Made by a program: the position numbers and the translations under genes. A DNA stretch of 64,000 bases from Azolla caroliniana. Taxonomy: Eukaryota > Plantae > Polypodiophyta. Below are positions 49,301 through 59,721 of this stretch, piece after piece. The notes beneath the pieces are model-generated. The model had not been told where the DNA came from. It saw only the letters and a list, made by a program, of their open reading frames with translations, and ran no database searches. Position 1 is the first letter of the stretch. Each line of letters opens with the position of its first letter. Location of the stretch: the NCBI GenBank assembly GCA_043228905.1, contig JBHGNT010000010.1, forward strand, positions 14,198,001 to 14,262,000. The letters run 5' to 3'.

Positions 49301-51701
49301 GGCCGGTTACGGTGAGGATACCGAACTGGCAGAAGAAGAAGACGAGGAAGCTGAAATCGGAACCGGCCAAGACCCCAAATCAGATTCGGATGAAGAAAAA
49401 ATAGAGGAGCCGGTTGCCGAAAACCAAAGACGGAGATATCCTCTCAAAGAAAGAAAAGCCCCCTAGAGATTTCTGGATGCAGAGCATGTGTTGCTGACCG
49501 ATGAGGGGGAGCCGGAAATCTTCGAAGAAGCAAAGGAGGACACCCACAACCGCAAGTGGTTGAGTGCCATGCAGGACGAGATGGATTCCTTGCATGAGAA
49601 CCACACATATGTATTGGTGGAGTTTCCGAAAGGAAAGAGGGCACTTCGAAACAAGTGGGTGTACAAGTTGAAACTAGGAGATGCCGGCATTCCCCCAAGG
49701 TACAAAGCCAGGATCGTGGTAAAGGGGTTCCAGTAGAAGAAGGGTGTGAACTTCGATGAGATATTTGCCCCGGTAGTAAAGATGATTTACATCTAGACGG
49801 TGTTGAGCAAAGTGGCAAGCATGGACCTTGTGGTAGAGCAGTTAGACGTGAAGACGGCATTCCTCCAAGGCGACCTCAAAGAGGAGATCTACATGCAGCA
49901 ACCGGAGGGATTTGTGAAGAAAGGGAAGGAGCAGTTGGTTTGCCGGTTGAAGAAGAGCCTCTATAGTTTGAAGTAGGCTCCCCGGCAATGGTACGGGAAG
50001 TTCGACTCCTTCATGACGGATCAAGGATAACACAAGACGTTGGTCGATCACTGCGTGTTTGTTAAGAAGTTTGAAGGTGGAGACTTCCTAATACTCCTCA
50101 TGTACGTGGACGACATGTTGATCGTCGGACGAGACCAAGTCAAGGTACGGATGTTGAAGAAGGCTCTGAACCAGACCTTCTCAATGAAAGACTTGGGTTC
50201 GGCAAGACAGATACTGGGGATGCATATCATCCGGGACTGGTCAAAGAAGCAATTGTGGCTATCAGAGGAGAAATACGTGACAAAGGTGCTGTAGCGGTTC
50301 AACATGTCAGACGCGAAACCGGTCGGATCGACACTTCCGGAAAACTGCAAGCTATCTGGTAAGCAGAGCCCGAAGAAGAAGGTAGAGAAGGCGGATATGA
50401 TGAAGACACCATATGCCTCTGTCGTCGGGAGCTTAATGTACGCAATGGTGTGTACCTGACCGAATATCGGATACGCAGTCTGAGTGGTGAGCCGGTTTAT
50501 GAGCAATCCCGGAAAGGAGCACTAGAATGCGGTAAAATGGATACTCTGGTACTTGAAAGGCACCTCAAGTATGTGCCTCCGATTCGGCTCCGATAAACCC
50601 CAACTTGACGGTTTCACCGATTTGGATATATCGGTTGATGCGGATACCAGCTAGTCAACATCGGGATATATTATGACATATGCAGGGGGAGCTGTTTCAT
50701 GGCAGTCAAGGTTGTAGAAGACGGTTGCGTTGTCAACCACAAAGGCGGAGTACATGGCAGTTGTGGAAGCTGGCAAGGAAATATTATGGATGAAGGACTT
50801 CATCGGAAAGCTAGGGATCCGGCAAGAGGAATACCGGCTCTATTGCGATAGCCAAAGTGCCATCCACCTTGTGAATAATGCGGTGTATCATTCCAGGACG
50901 AAGCACATCCAGCAGAGGCACCACTAGATCCGGGAGCGAGTGGAAGATCGAGAGTTCGTGCTGATGAAGATCCACAAGGAGGAGAATGGGTCAGATATGC
51001 TGACCAAGGTGCTGACACTCGAAAAGCTGGACGCATGCTGGAAGTGAATTGGACTAACCAGACATCCCATGCCAAAGTGAAGGGGGAGTTTGTTAGGATT
51101 TCGGTCCCTCCGGATGGGATTTTAGTACCAGGCAAGGAAGGCCCAGTGAGAACCAGATGATGAGTACCCGGCAAGGAAGACCCGGTGAGAACTGAATGAT
51201 GCAGGCCCGGTGACAACCTCTCACTGGATGAAGGGACATATATGTAAATATGTTTCTGAGAGCCCATTGGGGCTATATTTGTAAATATTCCTAAAGTCAT
51301 ATTAGTATAAATACGACCTAGGGCAAACAATGTGTGTATCACTATATTGTCATTATTTTGTATAGAGTTATTGGTACTGTTGTACAAAGCATAGTAGAGG
51401 AAAAGAGAGAGAGAGGGAGAGAGAGACAGAGTGAGTCTCTATTGTAACCACCGCCAAGCGAAGATTGAGAGCAAGAGGTCATGGTCTTTGTGTTCATCTG
51501 TTGTATTCCTCTCTACATAGTGATAGTTGGAGTTTGTGAATTCCCGTGGTTTTTTCCATTTAGGGTTTTCCACGTTAACATCCTGTGCATTCTCTTCTGT
51601 CTATGTACTTACTTCCATTTCTTATCTTTCTATGTTTGATTATCATTGAAGTGATCTAAGTCTTGGTTGTAGCCAAAGATTATTCCACACAGCTCCTGTC
51701 A
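46382..51701 (+). mobile_element. Full-length but pseudogenised Copia E1 (Tork/Tnt1-like)
   Basis: LTRs at 46382-46996 and 51091-51701, TSD GGAAG, decayed PBS TAGTATCAGAGC, gag-PR-INT-RT-RH with many stops, and PPT AAGTGAAGGGGGAG. Confidence 0.95.
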
Positions 51702-53329
51702 GGAAGTCCGATGACGACTCCTTTCGATTGCATCCCCTTGAGCTTTTGGAGGTTGATATGGGTGATTCTCTTATTCCATCGTTCTATATCGGTATCGGCT
51801 TTAGTGCCTTTTGCGAACATGGCCGATTTCATCTCATACAAATCGAGAATGAACATTCTACCCTCTCTTCGTCCGCAAACGATGAGATGAGTCAACCCTC
51901 TTTTTCGATGAAGCAACCACCTTTTTGTGGAATCAAACTTGCATGCCTTGCTCAACAATTTGGCCAACTGAGAACAAATTCTTCGTGATGGTCGGTACAT
52001 GCACGACATTCTTAATGTATGTTTGGTTTCCTTCTTTCCCGAATGGGACATTGTCGATATGTCAAATCGGATGAGTAGTGTCGTCTCCGGTCTCGACATA
52101 GCCCGGCCAATCCGGCTCTCGTAAGTCTTAGAACCATTCTTCATGAGGCATCATATGATTTGAAGCATCAGAGTCAACAAACCATACATTTTCCGGACTT
52201 GAGGCACTAGTTGAAGTAGAAGCCGCCATAGATTTTGCTCTATGTCTCATCACGAACATTTTGCCATGGTCTTCATAGTCGGAGTTGGTGGCGTAATTGG
52301 TGAGTTGGCTTGTGGAAGCCAACTCGTGCTTCTTCCTCCAACATTCTTCTTCGTGGTGGCCGATTTTACCACAATACCCGCATTAGATTGAGTTGTTTTA
52401 TCATCTTGGACCGAGATGGAAGCTCCCCCTACTTCCAAGCGTTCCTCAATTGTTTCCTCTTTCTTGTTGAAATTGGGAGTTGTTTTCATAGGTCGGACCT
52501 TGTCTGCCCCGTCCTTGGCCGAATCGGCCTTTTCGTGCACTACCGCGTCCTCTTCCTCCGCCTGAGTGTGCGTAGAGCATGTGGCCTTCCGAGGCGTTGC
52601 TTCTTGTTCAAACATGGTTTTCTTCAACCAACAACATTGATTGAAGATTGAAGAAAGAGGGAGGATTCTACCTTGCTAGAATGGCGGTTCTCATCGCACC
52701 GAACCGTGCTGCGAGGCCACCTAGGCATATTTGCACCATCTCGTCATCCTCCACATTGATGCTTATTGAGTCGAGCAAGTCACAAAGCTCCTTGATCTTC
52801 AAGGTGAAGCTTGTGATGGACATATATCCCTTTTTTGGATGTTGTTCAACTCTTGGCGGAGTTGAAGCTTTCTTGTGGTTGTGTTGGCCGCGAAAATCTT
52901 CCTTAGATTCTCCCACGCTTCCTTCGGCGTCTTGGCTTCTAGAATGTAGTCGCGCATGTTTTCATGAACACATGTCACCAAGAAATACATTACCCGACTC
53001 AACGCTTGCTCCCATGTTGTGTAGCCCCAATAGCCTTGGCCGACAAGGTATTGGTGCATCTTGTACTCCCAAGATGCAAAGTTGTCTTTGTCCAACTTCT
53101 TGCTAGGGAGAGCTCTCCCCATTTGAGTATTCATTATATCGATGTAGATTTCCTTCTTACTCGAACATGAGCTATGTAGTGGCACTATGATAGCGATGAG
53201 CCAATTCTTCTTGAATGTTGGCATAGGACACAACACATGTGGATGGGCTAGATTGAGCTACCAAATCACTCTGTAAAGAATCTGATATGATTCTGTGCAG
53301 CGGAATAGATGTTTTTTTTGTGTTGTAGA

Positions 53330-56300
53330 GGTAAGAGTTTCATTGTTGGTTATTGGGAAGAATGTATGCCCAGGAACTGATGAATTATCACCAGAATTCT
53401 TTCTAGAGTATGGGGATGACATAACCGATGCTTTCATAGCATCCTTACTAGAGGTTTTTCATTTGGGTAGGATGCATGTTGAGTGGAATGAAGGAATGGT
53501 TTATTTGATTCCTAAGGTAGATGGTGTGGTAGATGATATTAAGAAATGGAGGCCTATAACTATTTAAAATAATGTATATAAAGTTTATACTAAATTATTG
53601 GCTACACATTTGCAACCTTTTCTTCCATAAATAGTACATAAGACTCAGGCAAGCTTTATAGAAGAAAGGAGTTTATTTGATAATATCTACGTGTTTTGAG
53701 AGATGATAGCAGCTTTATAGAAGAAAGGAGTTTATTTGATAATATCTACGTGTTTTGAGAGATGATAGCAAAAGTGCAAGAAACAAAACAAGACTTGGCA
53801 ATATCGCTTTTGGATTTTGACAAAGCTTATGACAGAGTTGATTGAAATTTTTATATGAGGTTATGGGTCATCTAGGTCTTCCTGTTGCCTACATTATGTC
53901 TATTTTTGCATTATATAATTTAGCATATAGTTTAGTTCTTGTTGGAGGAGAACTAGGTAATAATTTCCCGATTACTAGATCGGTGAGACAAGGATGTCTT
54001 TTGGCTCCATATTTACTTCTATTCATAGGAATGCATTCTTGAATAAGAGCAGTTTATCTATTAAGGGTATACAATGGCCAAGTGTGGAGGAGGTTGCGTT
54101 AGATTGTGAATTTCCAGATGGGACAACATTGTATGCTGTAGGAGATGGCAAAAATCTCTGTAATGTGCAAACTATGATCCATGATTTCTGTAACACTTCA
54201 AGACCTATTGTTAATTGGCATAAATTGGTGGGATTTTGGTTTGGGGAGGGTCTTACTCCTAATTGGTGTCTAGATGTTGGATTTTGTTGGATGTCAAAGG
54301 GCTCTACTATGAGATGTTTAGGGTGTCAAGTGGGAATTAATCTTCCCCCAAAAGCTCATATCCAAAACTTACTACTTTCTTTGAGGAAGAAGTTGATCTT
54401 TTGGAGTTTTACAAATTTTTCATTTGCAAGGAGGCTTGTTGTTTGTAATCAAGTATTACTCTCCTCAGTGTGATGTATTCTGTCCACCTAGTTATTCTCA
54501 TATCTTTGTTCTCAAAATTATGGAGGTTGATTCAGAATTTCTTATGGGGTTCTATTGATTTTAAGTATGTTAGACCAAAGGTAGCTTGGAAAACTATTAT
54601 AGCACCAACTTCTCAACAAGGTTTAGGTGTTTGGTAGATCCTTTCAATCATGCAATGGAAGGCACTATTGGCAAAAGTTATAGTGTGAGGATTATTGCCA
54701 GGAAATGAGCCGTGGAAGATGATTCTCCAATTAAGAATGAAAGAGGTTTTCCTTAAAATTAGAGGAGAATGGACAAGGTCTCTACAATGGTGGTTTATTA
54801 CTAATTTTCATTTGCATAAGATAGTGTTTCAGAATGATAGGTTCTTTGCCGCAATAAAGCGAGCATGGTGGTCCCTAAAGGTTGATTTACAACAAGTCTG
54901 ACCCACTTCAACGGATGAATGGTTACATTAACCCTTGGTTGGGAATCCTCTATTTCTAGATGATGAAGGATCGAAGTTGGGGAGGAGAGTCAGATAAAAT
55001 TGGGCTCAAGTGGATTCATCTTTTGCCTCATCTCTTAGTACTTGGCAACATTTTGTTCACAATTCTATTCATATTATTCAACGGGATTATAGAGGAATAA
55101 CAGGAGGCAAGATGATAGTTGATGAATTAAGGAAGTTGCAGTTACCCTTGTAGGATAATATACCTTCTAATTATCATAAATGGGTGGGATTATTTTCAGA
55201 TTTCCATATTCTACTTGGAGGGGTTCACGGCCTTAGAGATAATGGGGCTTTCTTAAGCTATGATGTTCTACAGGATGGATGATTAGGGAGGATCCCCTTG
55301 GAAACTGAATTTCTAGGTGAGGCTACATTAAAACCTATTAGAATTCTAGCTAAGGTAGATGAGAGTTGGATCCTTGATCCTGATCCTAATGTTGTTCATC
55401 CATGGTGGGATCTATGGGTAGTGGGGAAAAACACATTAAGTGAATTGGAATGGGATCCAGAATGGATGTGGTTGCCTACATCATATTCTGTTCAACCGAT
55501 TCTGTTTTTTCAATATTCAGTTCGATTGGGGAGGGGGATTATAAAACGTAAGGTACCCCATTAGTCGACAACAATTAAGACATGGTTGAGTTATCATGTT
55601 GATCCTATTCACATGACAACATTTTGGAAATGGCTATGGGCCATGGAAATTCCAAAGAAGATTATTTTATTTAGATGGTTGATTGTTCATTATGCAGTTC
55701 ATATTAGGGTTTTGATGTATTGTAAGGATGTGGATAAGATGTGTGATTTTTGTGGATTATAGATGGAGTCTCTTCATCTCTTAATCACCAATTCTAGTCC
55801 TGTATGACTGCTAAATTGGTTTGGAAAAGGTTGGTGCATCTCTTACATGAGGTATATGGCTCTAGAATATATAAATGGGGGGGCAATGATGTGGACTGAT
55901 ATTAAGGGTGAGAAACAAGATTATACAAAAGAAAATGTTAACTTTGCATTGTATACAAGAGGACGATATGTTGGAAGTGTCACCATGTATGCCTATTAAT
56001 TTAGTATAGAATGGGGTGGTTTGAGAGATTATTAGTTCAATAGTCTTATGGGTTTTGTGGAATAGTAGATGTTGAAGGATATTTCAGGAAATGCAATGGA
56101 ATGTTGTGGATGTGGTCAAGGAGATTTGGCTGACTTGGTGCATACACTAAAAGGTGAATATGATGCTATCAAGGCTGATTCAAATGTAGTCTTTCAAAAG
56201 CAAGAGGTTTTTAAGAAGACATGGGAACGGATGAATGTCTTCTGCATGGTTAATGGTTATATACGTTGGAGGTATCAACCAACTCTCTAGGTATTTCCTC

Positions 56301-56400
56301 CATCGACATGAGGCATGCGACCATGTACAACTGCCCTTGGTAATGCTTTGGGAGATATGTATGGATTTAGACATAATATAAACCATTGTTGGCAAAATAA
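53330..56400 (+). mobile_element. Highly degenerate L1-type LINE (RT and C-terminal region)
   Basis: PGTDELSPEFF, LIPK, WRPITI, LDFDKAYDRVD, SVRQGCLLAP and a Trp-rich C-terminus. Boundaries are approximate. Confidence 0.85.
53652..53769. repeat. Perfect 59-bp tandem duplication inside the LINE
   Basis: AGCTTTATAG...GATGATAGC occurs twice in tandem. Confidence 0.9.
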
Positions 56401-56427
56401 ATAACTATGGGAATATGACATTTATGC

Positions 56428-56511
56428 AGGACTAGAGAAGTACTGGTTTGATTGCAAATAGGTGGAATTCTTAGGCTACATCATCTCCCATGAAGGAGTC
56501 TCTATGGATCC
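56428..56511 (+). pseudogene. Short Gypsy RT fragment
   Basis: LEKYWFDCK*VEFLGYIISHEGVSMDP. Confidence 0.7.
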
Positions 56512-59500
56512 TGTTGAGAGACAAGCTCAACATCGGCCGGATCGGCTGAAGAAGCCGAGGACCGGATCGGTTGGGACCGATCGGTTAGGCCGAATGCGTA
56601 AACCGGTATGCAGACCGGTGCGTAGGTAGGGCCGGATCGGTGCGTAAACCGGGAGGCCGTTAGGAAAGATATTCTGTGAGGAATATATTTGGGAGTTAGT
56701 GTAGGCGCTCTTAATGAGCATTGAAGTATTGTCAGTACTTCGGTCAGTCCTTCTAGGACTTGTATAAAAGTGTTCATTGAACACACATATGTATAGAATC
56801 GTGAATAGAGATTGAGTACTTTTGTTGAATATAGTTCGTGTGTTCTCTCTCTCTCTCTCTCACTCTCTCTGTCTCTCCCGCGTATACTGCGTAAGCTCAA
56901 GCTCTCCATTAAACCTGAGTTTTCTTCCTTCTGTTCGGTCTTCATACTTGCTTCCGCACGCTACTTTTTAAATGGTATCAGAGCGCGAGGGTTGAGAACC
57001 TCTCTGCAGCCGACACAGCTTGACGAAGAAGAACAAGAAGAACGATGGATAGACGCATGGCGAGCTCGCTTCCAACAGAAAAGCTCGACAGAACCAACTA
57101 TGCGTCTTGGTCCTACAAGATGCACCAATACCTGCTCGGGCACGACTACTGGAGTTATGTCGAAGGAGCTAATGACGCGGCACCCGAATCGACACACAGA
57201 GACTTCCCGTCGTGGGAGCAATCGGCGAGCAGGGTATTATACTGCTTCACGTCGTGTGTGGGCGAACAACTATTGAGCTATGTTCGGGATGCAAAGACGC
57301 CGAAGGGTGCGTGGGAAAATCTGAAGAAGATTTTCGCCGCGAGCACCACAGCCAGGAAGCTTCAGCTCCGACAGGAGTTGAGCAACCTACAACAACGCGA
57401 CTTGTCGGTGGCGGACTATACCTCGAAGATCAAGGATATCTGCGACTCCCTCGCCTCCATAGAGGTGAACATCGAGGAGAGCGAGATGGTCCAGATCTGT
57501 CTCGGAGGTTTGGCGTCGAAGTTCGGAGCGTTCCGAACGGCTATGTGTACCCGGGAGAATACGCCGTCCTTTTTCGACTTACAGTCGATGCTCCTGGTAG
57601 AGGAGAACCACGTGGGTGCGTCGACGAGCACGCACACCGACATCAAGATGTTGTACACGGAGGGAGAAAGGCCCCGTGGTCGTGGCGGACGAGGCGAGTC
57701 GGTACGCAATGGAAGCGGCCGACAAGATCAAGGAAGAAGGCACCGAAGTGATACCGACAGCAACTCCGGACCCTCCGGAAACAGGGGGAGTCGAAGTGAT
57801 GAGAACCGGCAAGGGAAGGCCATCGCGGAGTGTTGGTACTGTGGCAAGAAAGGCCACAGGGAAAGTGAGTGCTAGAAGAAGCGCGCCGATTCGGAGAGAA
57901 CCGGTTCCGGAAACGGCTCCGAACATACCAACAAGGGAAATCGGCAGCGATCGCACTACGCCGAAGACTCCGGGAGAGCCAAAGAAGGGTCTGCCTTCGT
58001 GACGAGACACGAAGCAAACTCAATGAAAAGGACCACCCCGAGATCGGACGAGGTGTGGTACGTAGACTCTGGCGCATCAAACCACATGACAAGCCATAAG
58101 GAGTGGTTCTCGTACCTAGAAAAACCGATACAACCTGGAGTAGCCGCAACTGGAGACGACACTCCGCATCTGATCGCGAATGTCGGAGAAGTTCCCCTTA
58201 GCCATGTCGGGCAGAAAGGGAAACTCATGAACGTGCTGCACGTTCCGACAATCACGAAGAACTTGGTCTCGGTCGGACAGATCGTCAACCAAGGGATGGA
58301 GGTTCGGTTTACACACCTCGGGTGCTTCATTGAGGAAGAAGGCCGTGTGATTGCGCAAGGGCGTAGAGATGGGAGGATGTTCATCCTCGACTCCACTGAC
58401 GGCGGCACCGCTGTCGTGCCTTTCGGCTCCGGATCGTTTGCGTGAGTCGGGTGGGAACCACCGGGGTTTTGGACTAGGAGAAAGAAAAATACAAATAAGG
58501 CTAGTAAAGAATACGTATAAAGAGTTATAAGATAAGAATCTCGTGAATCCCACGAGTTTAGTATATTTAGTCAATATTTAGGTAAGAATATGTATTTAGA
58601 TTGAAAGAAAGATATAAGAAACTTGTGAATCCCACAAGTATAGATTATATTATTTTCGTGAATCCCACGATTATATTAATCGGTTGGTGTTTTCGGATTA
58701 ATAAACTATACTCGTGGGATTCATGAGAATTCTATATCATTCTCTTTCAACCGAAGTTTATATTCTTATATTTTTCACACCAATTAATAAATATTTTTCA
58801 CACCAATTAATAAACTATACTCGTGGGATTCATGAGAATTCTATATCATTCTCTTTCAACCGAAGTTTATATTCTTATATTCATATTGATTAATCTAATA
58901 CAATACACTCGTGGAATTCACGAGTTTGCTATAACTCTTTCTTACAACATATTTATATTCTTATTAGCCTTAAAACTCTCATCTTCCTAGTCCAAAACCC
59001 CGGTGGTTCCCACCCGACTCACGCAAACGATCCGGAGCCGAAAGGCACGACACCGCAATGTTCGCGAAGGGACAAAAATCCGAGTCGGACATCGACTTGT
59101 GGCACAAGCGGATAGGCCACATCAACTACCAGCAACTTCAAGATCTGCAATCGAAACAGGTAGTGTTCGGATTGCCCAAATTTAGTGGCCGAAAGACACA
59201 AATTTGTGAAGCCTGCCAGCTCAGGAAGCAACACCGACTTCCTTTCCCCAACGAGCGAAACCTGAGCTGGAACAAGCTTGACCTTATACACTCCGATGTA
59301 TGGGGGCCAGCACAAAACGTTAGTCTTGGCGGGAGCCGATATTTCGTCTCCTTCATCGACGACCACACGCGGCACACGTGGATCTACCTCATTGAGAGGA
59401 AGAGCGAAGTCTTCGACTATTTCCGGGACCTCAAAGGGTTCGTGGAAACGGAAACGGGACGAAAGATCAAGTGCCTGCGGTCGGATGGCGGGAAAGAGTA

Positions 59501-59721
59501 CTTTTCTGGTCAATTCAACGGTTATCTACAACAAATGGGAATTCGGCGCGAATTCAATTGTAGATACAGGCCAGAGCAGAACGGTGTGGCCGAGAGGAAG
59601 AATCGGTCAGTTGTGGAAGCGGCACGGGCAATGCTGGAGGAGAAGAGCTTGCCCAAGTTCTATTGGGCCGAGGCGGTAAGGACTGTGGTATACATCCAAA
59701 ACCGGATTGGACACAAGGTGT
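56512..59721 (+). mobile_element. Copia B2, 5' part (LTR 56512 to about 56970, PBS 56973, gag, PR, INT), interrupted by the TIR element and by E2
   Basis: LTR homologous to B1, TGGTATCAGAGC, gag 57045 with CWYCGKKGHRESEC, WYVDSGASNHMT and HSDVWGP. Confidence 0.92.
58412..59052. mobile_element. Non-autonomous TIR element (641 bp), Ginger-like
   Basis: 68-bp perfect TIRs starting TGTCGTGCC, 4-bp TSD CCGC, an AT-rich non-coding interior, and the empty site visible in paralog B1 (GGCACCGCAATG, about 14384-14395). Confidence 0.9.

Larger units (their letters stand above)
27615..53290 (-). mobile_element. Degenerate Copia A2, the outermost host of the nest; pieces at 27615-28170, 46203-46381 and 51702-53290
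   Basis: Gag MGRALPSKKLDKDNFASW at 53122 and protease WFVDSDASNHM. The integrase reads through both TSDs (GLP|T and YYV|TFIEDFSRHTW). A decayed PBS lies at about 53281. Confidence 0.85.
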
